From an uncultured bacterium (GTDB lineage Bacteria; Muiribacteriota; Ozemobacteria; Ozemobacterales; Ozemobacteraceae): a DNA stretch of 35,277 nucleotides. The notes under the pieces were generated by a model. That model was not told the DNA's origin and did no database searches. It was given only the letters and a program-made list of their open reading frames with translations. Of the stretch, positions 1-7,289 are shown piece after piece. Each line of letters starts with the position of its first letter. Position 1 is the first letter of the stretch. Made by a program: the position numbers and the translations under genes. Where the stretch lies: contig CAZKPI010000003.1 in assembly GCA_964554555.1 (NCBI GenBank), positions 1-35,277 of the forward strand, written 5' to 3'.

Positions 1-60
1 CCTGCGCGGCAGGGTGGTGGGCGGCCCCGGCCGGGAAACGGCGGAAGCCCCGTGAGGATC

Positions 61-1656
61 TCAGTCCGCCGCCGGGGGGGCGGGGGGCGGGTTGGCGGCC
101 GGCAGGGCGGCGGCGGGAGTCACCCGGTTCCGTCCGCTTTCCTTGGAGTGGTACAGGGCCACGTCGGCGGCCTTGATGAGAGCTTCCGTTTCGAGGGCGC
201 TGTCGGGGTGGACGGCGACCCCGAAACTGGCGGTGATCCGGATGGTCTTGCCGTTGTGTTCGATGATCTCGAGCTCGATCGAGCGGCGGATGCGCTCGGC
301 GACGGCAAGGGCTCCGTTCATGTCGGTTTCCGGCAGGACGAGGGCGAACTCCTCGCCGCCATAGCGCACCGGCAGATCATGCGTCCGGACGGCCTTCCGC
401 ATGATCGAGGCGACCCGCTTGAGCACCTCGTCTCCTGACTGGTGACCGTAGGTGTCGTTGAGTTTCTTGAAATGGTCGATGTCGATCATGATCAGGGCGA
501 GGTTGCGCTTGAACCGTACTGCCCGCTTGAACTCGTCGGACAGGCGCTGTTTGAAATACCGGTGCAGATAGAGGTGGGTCATGCCGTCGGTGATGGCCTG
601 CTCGTACAATTTGGCGTTCTTGACGGCCGCCCCCAGCTGGACGGCGAAGACCTTGATCAGGCGCTGGTCGCGCTCGGTGAATTCCCCTTGGGTGATTTTT
701 TCGGAGAGGTGCATGAGGCCGAGGAACTCGCCCTGGTGGACGATGGGGACGATGATGAAGGAGGTGCCGAAGATGGCCGCATCGAGTTCGTTGACGGGGA
801 TTTCGGTGGTGCCTCCAATGGTCTTGATCAACGGTTCCTTGTGTTCAAGGAGATGGTGACCCAGCTTGGAATCGGCCAGGGGGAGGTGCTCGGGCAGGTT
901 GGCCGAATCGCCCAGATGACTGCTGAGGGCGAACTTCTCGTTCTCCTCGTCGTACAGCCAGATACTGCCGCGGGTGACCTCGGAAATCTCGGAAGTGGCG
1001 TTCATGGCCATGTCGAGCAGGGTCTTGAGCTGGAGCTCGGAGGCGATCATCTGGGTTGCCTGGTACAGGATGCTGACTTCCTGGATCTTCTCGTCGAGGC
1101 GCTTGTTGGTCTCGCGGAGCTCGGACAACAGCAGGAAATTGTTGATGGCGACCGAGATATTGCGCGACAGGGTGGTCAGGAAGCTCGTCTCCTTCTCGGA
1201 GAAGGGAGCGCGTTTCAGCTTCTGGCCAACCACCAGCAGTCCGATGAGCTTTTCCCGGACCTTCAGAATGGAGACACTGTTGAGATCGTCGGCGGCGAAC
1301 TGGTTGATCAGGCTCTTGAGATAGGGGAAATCGGCCGCGGCGAAGGTGATGGGGTCGGCGACTTTCTCGAGCGCCTCGATCTCCCCGCGGGTGAGGGTGA
1401 TCGAGGCTTTGCGGGAGGAGAGCTTCCAGGGACAGCGCAGGGAGAGCTCGGAGGTCATGGAGTCGAACAGGAAGATGCCGCCCTTGCTGGCGCCGAGCGT
1501 GCCAAGGAGCAGGTGGAGGAGCGACTTGAGCTGGGCTTCGAAGCTGGTGACCCGGCAAAGCTCTTCCCCGATGTCGCTCAGCGCCTTCAGAACATATTCG
1601 TACCGGAGGACCTGTTCTTGGAAGGACTGATCGGGGGCTTGCCTCTCGTCGGCCAT
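61..1656 (-). CDS. GAF-GAF-GGDEF diguanylate cyclase
   Basis: 531-aa ORF with ATG at 1656. The C-terminal GGDEF domain has an intact active site (RYGGEEFALVL). An I-site RTHD sits five residues upstream (RxxD-x5-GGEEF, as in PleD). Two GAF-like regions lie N-terminal. It starts 11 nt after the STAS gene stop. Confidence 0.9.
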   Translation of the reverse strand: MADERQAPDQSFQEQVLRYEYVLKALSDIGEELCRVTSFEAQLKSLLHLLLGTLGASKGGIFLFDSMTSELSLRCPWKLSSRKASITLTRGEIEALEKVADPITFAAADFPYLKSLINQFAADDLNSVSILKVREKLIGLLVVGQKLKRAPFSEKETSFLTTLSRNISVAINNFLLLSELRETNKRLDEKIQEVSILYQATQMIASELQLKTLLDMAMNATSEISEVTRGSIWLYDEENEKFALSSHLGDSANLPEHLPLADSKLGHHLLEHKEPLIKTIGGTTEIPVNELDAAIFGTSFIIVPIVHQGEFLGLMHLSEKITQGEFTERDQRLIKVFAVQLGAAVKNAKLYEQAITDGMTHLYLHRYFKQRLSDEFKRAVRFKRNLALIMIDIDHFKKLNDTYGHQSGDEVLKRVASIMRKAVRTHDLPVRYGGEEFALVLPETDMNGALAVAERIRRSIELEIIEHNGKTIRITASFGVAVHPDSALETEALIKAADVALYHSKESGRNRVTPAAALPAANPPPAPPAAD

Positions 1657-1667
1657 CGAATGCGGGA

Positions 1668-2021
1668 TCAGGAGGACTGGTAGGTCTTCACCGCGTCGGC
1701 TTCGGCGTCGAACGCTTGCGCGAATTGCAGAAGGCCCATCATCTCAAAGGTCTTGCGGTTGGTGGGGGTCAGGTTGGTGAACGCCAGGGCGCCGCCGGCT
1801 TCCTCGATGGCTTCGATCACCCCGATCAGGATGGAAATGCCGATGCTGTTGATCAGGGGCGATTGCTCGAGGTTGATGACAATCTTCTTGATGCCCTTGC
1901 CCAGGTTTTCCGAGCAGATGGTGTCGACCTGTTCCGCTCCCAGGTCATTCAGGTAGCCCTTGGTGCGGATGATCAGGACGGATCCATCGACCTGGTGAAC
2001 CAGTGAGAATTCCTCTGCCAT
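1668..2021 (-). CDS. STAS-domain anti-sigma-factor antagonist (SpoIIAA/RsbV-like)
   Basis: 117-aa ORF with a typical STAS layout. The candidate phospho-serine is in LINSIGIS (about Ser59). SD AGGAG lies 5 nt upstream of the ATG at 2021. Confidence 0.85.
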   Translation of the reverse strand: MAEEFSLVHQVDGSVLIIRTKGYLNDLGAEQVDTICSENLGKGIKKIVINLEQSPLINSIGISILIGVIEAIEEAGGALAFTNLTPTNRKTFEMMGLLQFAQAFDAEADAVKTYQSS

Positions 2022-2248
2022 ATTGGCTCCTGCTGACCCCGAAGTTTCCCTATGCTATCAGATGGGCAACGCCCTTGCAACGCCGCCGGCTGGCGCCTGG
2101 AACGCCGATCCGGTGTTACCTTACCACAAATCTCCGGGGCAGACAACCGGAATCTCCGCCGCGGTTTCCGCCTGGACAGCCGGCCTCCCGGGGATGCCGC
2201 CAGAAATCCCTTGCCTTTTTCCCGAGCCTGGATACTTTTCCATGATCG

Positions 2249-2995
2249 ATGTGGAAGGCAAGGGTACAATCTATCGTTCGGTGGGGCGGGGGTTTTCTCT
2301 CCCTTGTCCTGGCCGTCGTTCTGGCCAGGAGGATGGGTGCCGGGCTGGAGGATCTGCTGTCTCCGGTGACCCTCAAGATCGGGGTCACCCATCTGGGGTT
2401 GATGGCCCCGCGGCTCGGATGGGGCTGGCTGGTGGCGGCCGGCCTCCTGCCGGTTGGTCTGCTCTTGGGGCTCCCGTCTGGGTGCGCCATCATCCCGCTT
2501 CTGCTCCTCCTTCCCCCCTGGGCGGTTCTCCTGATCATGACCGGATGCCAGACGCTCGCCTCATGCCTGGTCTGGTGGACGGTGCGCCGGTGGAATCTGG
2601 CCGATCCGGCTGGAAATGCCCTTCAGCCATACCTGAGCGGCCTGGCGGCGGAGGCGGGCGGCCTGACCTTCTGGCCAAGACTGTTCGCGGCCTTCCCCTT
2701 GCGGTTCCTGGACGCGGTGGCCGCCGCGCGGATCCCGCCCGATCACCGCCTGTCTTCCCACCTGTTCCAGATCACCCTGGGGAACCTCCTGCGGATGGCT
2801 ATCCATGTCGGCTGGGCCCATTTCCTCCTGGCCGTGCTCATCGATTTCCGGCCCTTCCCGACGCAGGACCTGGGCTGGCTTCTGGCGCTGACCCTGGGCG
2901 AGTTCCTTTCCTTCCTCCTTCCCCAGATGCCTGAACTGGCCCCAACCCCGCCCACCGTCCGCAAGGCAGTCCACGTTCTGGCCCAGCAGTCCTGA
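2249..2995 (+). CDS. hypothetical polytopic membrane protein
   Basis: 248-aa ORF with several hydrophobic segments (LSLVLAVVLA, WLVAAGLLPVGLLLGL, IIPLLLLLPPWAVLLIM, HFLLAVLI, WLLALTLGEFLSFLL). Codon usage matches neighbouring genes. No SD is seen, so the start is uncertain. No family recognised. Confidence 0.55.
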   Translation: MWKARVQSIVRWGGGFLSLVLAVVLARRMGAGLEDLLSPVTLKIGVTHLGLMAPRLGWGWLVAAGLLPVGLLLGLPSGCAIIPLLLLLPPWAVLLIMTGCQTLASCLVWWTVRRWNLADPAGNALQPYLSGLAAEAGGLTFWPRLFAAFPLRFLDAVAAARIPPDHRLSSHLFQITLGNLLRMAIHVGWAHFLLAVLIDFRPFPTQDLGWLLALTLGEFLSFLLPQMPELAPTPPTVRKAVHVLAQQS

Positions 2996-3095
2996 CGACA
3001 ACGGTTCCCTCGCTTTGGGCGGCATGGGCGTTTGGCGCCATTCTCCCTGGCGAGCTGAACCACGCCCGATTTTCTGCCGGTGGGGGGGCCTTCCG

Positions 3096-3125
3096 TTGGC
3101 TTTTCTCCTTCGCGGATGCTATAGT
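3096..3125 (+). promoter_or_regulatory. sigma70-type promoter for tkt: TTGGCT-18-TATAGT with extended TG
   Basis: TTGGCT at 3096-3101 and TGcTATAGT ending at 3125, about 55 nt upstream of the tkt ATG. The leader contains a 9-bp hairpin, CGCCGGACG...CGTCCGGCG. Confidence 0.5.
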
Positions 3126-3180
3126 ATCCGCCGGACGGGCGCTTCCCAGCGTCCGGCGATTCCATCCCCGGAGGAGACCC

Positions 3181-5043
3181 ATGAGCCGTCCCCAATCCAC
3201 CATCCGCGAACTCAAACACCGGGCCGCCCGCATCCGGTATCTGTCGATGAAGAGCACGGCGCAGGCCGGCTCGGGACACCCGACCTCCTGCAACTCCGCG
3301 GCCGATCTGCTGGCCACCCTTTTCTTCCAGGTGATGAGGTATGACCCCCAGCACCCCGAATCCTCCGCCAACGACCGGCTGGTCCTTTCGAAGGGCCATG
3401 CCGCCCCCGCCCTCTACGCGGCATGGTGCGAAGCCGGGTACCTGAGCGAGGAACAGGTCTTGACCCTCCGCAAGATGAATTCCCCGATCGAGGGGCATCC
3501 CATGCCCTATCTCCCCTTCGTTGACGTGGCCACCGGCTCCCTTGGCCAGGGCCTGTCGGTGGGCATCGGCATCGCCCTGCACCAGGTCCGGGTCATGAAA
3601 AACGACGCCCGAACCTTCGTCCTCATGGGTGACGGGGAGATGGCGGAAGGCTCGGTCTGGGAGGCCTTCGCTCTTGCCTCCCACCTCGGATTGGGGAACC
3701 TGGTGGCGGTCGTCGATGTGAACCGCCTCGGCCAGAGCCGTGAGACCATGCACGGACATGATCTCCGTGCCTACGCCCGCAAGGTCGAGGCCTTCGGCTG
3801 GGAGGCCCTGGTCTGCAACGGCCACGATTTCGACGAATTGCTGACCACCTTCCAGCGTGCCCTGAAGGTGAAAGGGAAACCCGCCTGTATCCTGGCCAAG
3901 ACGTTCAAAGGGCACGGGGTTTCGCTGTTCGCCGATCTCGACAACTGGCACGGCAAACCCCTCAAGGTCGGTGCCGAACTCGACAAGGCCCTCGAGGAGA
4001 TCACCCCCGATCTCATGAAATCTCCTCCCAAGCCGTCAATTCCCCGGCCCGAACCCGTCAAGGCTCCCGCCGTGTCCGGCGAAGGTCCCGCCGCCTGCCC
4101 GCCGGCCCCCTATCAACCCGGGACCAAGGTGGCCACCCGCCAGGCCGTTGGCGATGGTCTCCTCGCTCTGGGGGCGGCCGATCCGCGCATCTGGGTGATC
4201 GACGGTGATACCCAGAACTCCACCTACAGCCAGAAATTCGCCGACCGCTACCCCGACCGGTTCATCGAGTGCTTCATCGCCGAGCAGAACATGGCCGGCA
4301 TTGCCGCCGGCCTGGCGGCCCGGGGGATGATCCCGTTCGCCGTCACCTTCGGCGCCTTCCTGGCGCGGGCATACGACCAGATCCGCATGAGCGCCCTTTC
4401 CGGCCTGAAGGTGAAGTTCCTCGGGACCCACGCCGGCATCTCCATCGGGGAGGACGGTCCGTCCCAGATGGCGCTCGAGGACCTGGCCTTCTTCCGGACC
4501 CTCCCCAACGGTGCCGTCTTGTACCCCTCCGATGCTGTCTCCGCCTATGGGTGCATCCTGACCCTGGCCGGGCATCCCGGTCCCGGGTACGTCCGCCTGT
4601 CACGCCCGGCCTCTCCTCTCCTCTACCCCAATACCGAAGCATTCCCCCTCGGGGATCTGAAGGTCCTCCACGCTGGAAAAGCGCCCAAGCTGACGGTCAT
4701 CACCGCCGGGGTGGTGGTCCATGAAGTCCTCAAGGCGGTCAAGGAACTGGAAAACCCCCACCAGGTGCAGGTTCTTGACCTCTATTGTCTGAAGCCCTTC
4801 CCCTCGGAAAAGGTGATCGAGGCGGTCGGAGTGACCGGCGGCCGGGTGGCGGTGTTCGAGGAGCATTCTCCCTGCGGCGGTCTGGGTGAAGCCGTGGCGG
4901 GGGCGTTGGCCGGAAAGATCCGGGAATGGTCCCACGTCGCGGTCGACCGGGTGCCGCGCTCCGGAACCCCCGAGGAACTTCTCGAGTCGTTCGGCCTGTC
5001 GGCCAAGGCGATCCGGGAGAAACTCATCCACCTGCTCGCCTGA
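3181..5043 (+). CDS. tkt: transketolase (single-chain, about 620 aa)
   Basis: 620-aa ORF. The N-terminal TPP-binding region reads AGSGHPTSCNSAADLLATLFF, SKGHAAPALYA and GSLGQGLSVGIG...GDGEMAEGSVWEA. Pyrimidine-binding and C-terminal domains follow. SD GGAGGAG precedes the ATG. Confidence 0.93.
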   Translation: MSRPQSTIRELKHRAARIRYLSMKSTAQAGSGHPTSCNSAADLLATLFFQVMRYDPQHPESSANDRLVLSKGHAAPALYAAWCEAGYLSEEQVLTLRKMNSPIEGHPMPYLPFVDVATGSLGQGLSVGIGIALHQVRVMKNDARTFVLMGDGEMAEGSVWEAFALASHLGLGNLVAVVDVNRLGQSRETMHGHDLRAYARKVEAFGWEALVCNGHDFDELLTTFQRALKVKGKPACILAKTFKGHGVSLFADLDNWHGKPLKVGAELDKALEEITPDLMKSPPKPSIPRPEPVKAPAVSGEGPAACPPAPYQPGTKVATRQAVGDGLLALGAADPRIWVIDGDTQNSTYSQKFADRYPDRFIECFIAEQNMAGIAAGLAARGMIPFAVTFGAFLARAYDQIRMSALSGLKVKFLGTHAGISIGEDGPSQMALEDLAFFRTLPNGAVLYPSDAVSAYGCILTLAGHPGPGYVRLSRPASPLLYPNTEAFPLGDLKVLHAGKAPKLTVITAGVVVHEVLKAVKELENPHQVQVLDLYCLKPFPSEKVIEAVGVTGGRVAVFEEHSPCGGLGEAVAGALAGKIREWSHVAVDRVPRSGTPEELLESFGLSAKAIREKLIHLLA

Positions 5044-5060
5044 CCTGAATCATCCCAATC

Positions 5061-5094
5061 GCGGGGGCGCCACCAGTGCCTCCGCGTTTTTTTT
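5061..5094 (+). terminator. intrinsic terminator after tkt
   Basis: 8-bp stem GCGGGGGC/GCCTCCGC (one G.U pair) followed by eight T residues (5087-5094), 18 nt after the tkt stop. Confidence 0.8.
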
Positions 5095-5197
5095 CGGCCA
5101 TTTTTCAGATGTGCCTGGATCTCTGAGGATTGTACTCCTGACGGGAAGGTTGGGATTTGTCTGTCGTTGTCCGTTGGCGTCCAGCGGGAAACCCTTC

Positions 5198-5283
5198 AGG
5201 AAACCGAGTTCCGCGCCGACAATGACCATGGATTTGTTTGCCTCCTTAATTTCGGGCCGGGTACCCCCCGGCTCACTTTTTTT
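5198..5283 (+). ncRNA. unit A of a tandem structured RNA-like repeat ending in an intrinsic terminator (family not recognised)
   Basis: Conserved blocks: AGGAAACCG (5198-5206), CGCGCCGACAA (5212-5222) and TGGATTTGTTTGCCTCCTTA (5229-5248). These are followed by hairpin GGGCCGGG/CCCGGCTC (5254-5274) and a T7 run (5277-5283). G.U pairs exist only in the + strand reading. Confidence 0.55.
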
Positions 5284-5310
5284 CTCCGGACATTCTGTCC
5301 CGGCCCATTA

Positions 5311-5392
5311 AGGAAACCGCCCCTCGCGCCGACAAAGGGCGTGGATTTGTTTGCCTCCTTACTTTGGGCCGGGTACCCCCGGCCCGCTTTTT
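5311..5392 (+). ncRNA. unit B of the same tandem repeat, 113 nt downstream of unit A
   Basis: The same three blocks occur at 5311-5319, 5325-5335 and 5342-5361, followed by a perfect hairpin GGGCCGGG/CCCGGCCC (5366-5385) and a T5 run (5388-5392). By hand alignment it is about 80% identical to unit A. The differences are concentrated in two short segments that stay complementary. Confidence 0.55.
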
Positions 5393-5442
5393 GTACGGCC
5401 TTCCGGTCGCCTTGCGGGCCAAAGTGTGCTACCATGCCCCCC

Positions 5443-6102
5443 ATGTACATCATTGGCATCTCGGGCCTTTCCGGTTCCGGCAAAAGCAGTGTTTCCAAGG
5501 CGATCCTGGAGTATTTCCCGGGTCAGGCCAGCGTCCTCGAGCATGACATGTATTACTACGCCAAGAAGGACCGGCCGCCCATCAAGAACTACGACCATCC
5601 CGACGCCCTGGAAACCTCACTGTTGATCAAGCATATCAACGAACTGAAGAGCGGCCGGCCGATCGAGCGCCCCATCTACGATTTCAAGACCTCTGACCGC
5701 CTGGCCGAGACGGTCCGTCTGGAGCCCCGGCCGGTTTTGGTCATCGAAGGCCTGCTGATCTTCTGCATCCCGGAGCTGATGCCCCTTTTCGACCTGCGCA
5801 TCTACATCGACGTCCCTCTCGATCAGGCGATCATCCGTCGCATCAAGCGCGATCACATCGAACGCGGCCGCACGGTCCAGAGCATCATCCAGCAGTATGA
5901 AAGCACCGTCCGCGACGCCGCGATCAATCTCGTCCTGCCGTCACGGTACCTCGCCGACCTCATCATCCCCCAGGGGTCGAACAATCATGTGGCCCTGGAA
6001 GTGCTGTTCGGCCGCATCCGGGACCTGCTGGCCTCGGGGGGAAAATCCGGCGGAATGATCAAGACCCGCCGCCGCGGATCCGCCGCCTTGCCGGCGATCT
6101 AG
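5443..6102 (+). CDS. udk: uridine kinase
   Basis: MYIIGISGLSGSGKSS P-loop at the N-terminus, with uridine/cytidine kinase-like motifs (NYDHPDALE, PIYDF, VIEGLL, DVPLDQAIIRRIKRD). An alternative ATG at 5434 would add MPP. The 5167 TTG extension is Pro/Arg-rich and overlaps the RNA repeats. Confidence 0.88.
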   Translation: MYIIGISGLSGSGKSSVSKAILEYFPGQASVLEHDMYYYAKKDRPPIKNYDHPDALETSLLIKHINELKSGRPIERPIYDFKTSDRLAETVRLEPRPVLVIEGLLIFCIPELMPLFDLRIYIDVPLDQAIIRRIKRDHIERGRTVQSIIQQYESTVRDAAINLVLPSRYLADLIIPQGSNNHVALEVLFGRIRDLLASGGKSGGMIKTRRRGSAALPAI

Positions 6103-6345
6103 GCCTTTTCCCCATTCGTTTCGCCGGCACCGGAGGGGGAAAGGGGCGCCGCGGACGGCCCCGGGGCGGGGGCTGGCTCGGATGAAACCCACGCCGATGG
6201 GAGCGCTTCTCCCTGGGTCCGTCGGAACCACGGCATCCGTTCTCCATGCCGCCCGTGGCTGTCCTTGTCAGGAACTGCCAGCCCCTGGGAGGAATGTTGC
6301 CATAGCCGCCGTCGGTTGACCCTTCCGGCGTTGGCGGGGAAAAGG

Positions 6346-7173
6346 TTATTGCCGGAGGTCCCAGGGGAGGTCCGTGGGGAGCGGGAAGATGGTGGGAGGC
6401 GGGAGTGGGATCCGGTCGAGGTCCACCCCGGCGATTTCCCCTGGTCCTGTCGGGGCAAAGGTCTCGATCAGGAACTTCCTGATCACCTCCTTCTCGTCGG
6501 CAGGCACCCTCTGCCAGTTTGCCGCAATCATCGCGCGATGGAAGTCGGCATTGCCCAGCCAGACCCGCCCTTCGGGACTCAGTTGCGGGACCCTCTGCAG
6601 GAGCCTGGCTTCCAGGGCCGCCCGGGTCTGGTCGTCCCAGACCACCACCCGTCGGTCCCGGAGACGGAGGCACATCTGCACGAGCTCGAAAAAGGCGGCC
6701 AGCAACCGGCGGTCGAGGCGCGGGGGGCCCACCAGGACGGCCTCGTTGCCGTTCTTCAGGATCTGCCTGACCACCTGGGCCATTCCCAGCTGGGGAGACT
6801 TCTGGGTCTCCTCGAGGAGCGAGTCCCGGATGATGCGGCGGAGGGATCCCCGCTCCTCGGGGCGGGCCTTCTCCACCTTCATCCAGATCCCGCCGATCTC
6901 CCGGAGGGCTTCCAGAAGTTCGGAGCGGTTGGCCAGATACTCGGCCATCAGGGCCGCCCGGGCGGCCTCCTGCTCCTGCTGGGTCAGGGCGAGGGCAAGC
7001 CCGAACTCAAGGCAGTTGAGGAACCCGTTCTGCAGGCCGACGGTCAGGGGCGGCTCCCCCGGCACGAGGATGCGGTCTGCCTGGGGACCGCTGATGGGAT
7101 ACCAGAAGTCGGTTCCGGCCCACAGGGTTCCGGTGACAACCACCATCAACACGCAGACAAACAGCCTTTTCAT
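6346..7173 (-). CDS. hypothetical secreted protein (signal peptide, no recognised domain)
   Basis: 275-aa ORF with signal peptide MKRLFVCVLMVVVTGTLWAG. A strong SD AAGGAGGA lies 4-5 nt upstream of the ATG at 7173. Confidence 0.7.
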   Translation of the reverse strand: MKRLFVCVLMVVVTGTLWAGTDFWYPISGPQADRILVPGEPPLTVGLQNGFLNCLEFGLALALTQQEQEAARAALMAEYLANRSELLEALREIGGIWMKVEKARPEERGSLRRIIRDSLLEETQKSPQLGMAQVVRQILKNGNEAVLVGPPRLDRRLLAAFFELVQMCLRLRDRRVVVWDDQTRAALEARLLQRVPQLSPEGRVWLGNADFHRAMIAANWQRVPADEKEVIRKFLIETFAPTGPGEIAGVDLDRIPLPPPTIFPLPTDLPWDLRQ

Positions 7174-7289
7174 GCGGTCCTCCTTGACAGCCTGGACGGA
7201 AGGGTCGCCCGGTCGGCTGACCGGACGTCACCAGGATACGGGCATTTGGCGAATTGGGCAAGCCGGCCGACCTTCCGCGCCTGCGGCGG

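Noticed and set aside
442-1683. A 413-aa + strand ORF lies opposite the GGDEF gene. Other alternative-frame ORFs overlap the same gene (52-438, 845-1558).
   Set aside because: They are low-complexity and Gly/Asp/Leu/Arg-rich. The opposite strand encodes unmistakable GAF and GGDEF motifs.
2023-3951. Two ORFs overlap the membrane protein and tkt genes: 2023-2934 (+, 303 aa) and 2743-3951 (-, 402 aa).
   Set aside because: They are Pro/Gly/Arg-rich with no domain features. The 2249 frame gives clean TM helices and the 3181 frame gives transketolase motifs.
5050-5229. A 59-codon minus-strand ORF (MVIVGAELGFLKGFPLDANGQ...) sits antisense to RNA repeat unit A. It is preceded by a perfect TAAGGAGG Shine-Dalgarno 11 nt upstream.
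   Set aside because: Unit B has ACG instead of ATG at the equivalent position. The differences between the units are non-synonymous and cluster in two segments that remain base-pair complementary. G.U pairs and the U-tracts make sense only on the + strand. The ORF also runs through the tkt terminator. The apparent SD is the complement of the conserved CCUCCUUA block.
5229-5248. GGAU...CCUCCUUA resembles the 3' end of 16S rRNA.
   Set aside because: Only about 8 nt match, and there is no surrounding rRNA sequence. I treat it as an anti-SD-like motif inside the repeat, not as an rRNA fragment.
5311-5365. Unit B resembles the fluoride (crcB) riboswitch core: AAAC-CGCCC...GGGCG followed by a CCUC-containing tail.
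   Set aside because: The 5' GGnGAUG-type stem-loop needed for the crcB pseudoknot is absent. The loop is 11 nt with a different conserved sequence. Unit A does not keep the CGCCC/GGGCG sequence. No crcB-type gene is nearby.
6103-6345. A 243-nt convergent intergenic region after udk has imperfect hairpins: CCACGGCAT...ATGCC(GCC)GTGG near 6229-6260 and CCTTTTCCCC...GGGGGAAAGG near 6104-6150.
   Set aside because: The stems are bulged or have long loops and lack U tracts. I cannot support calling them terminators or RNA genes from sequence alone.
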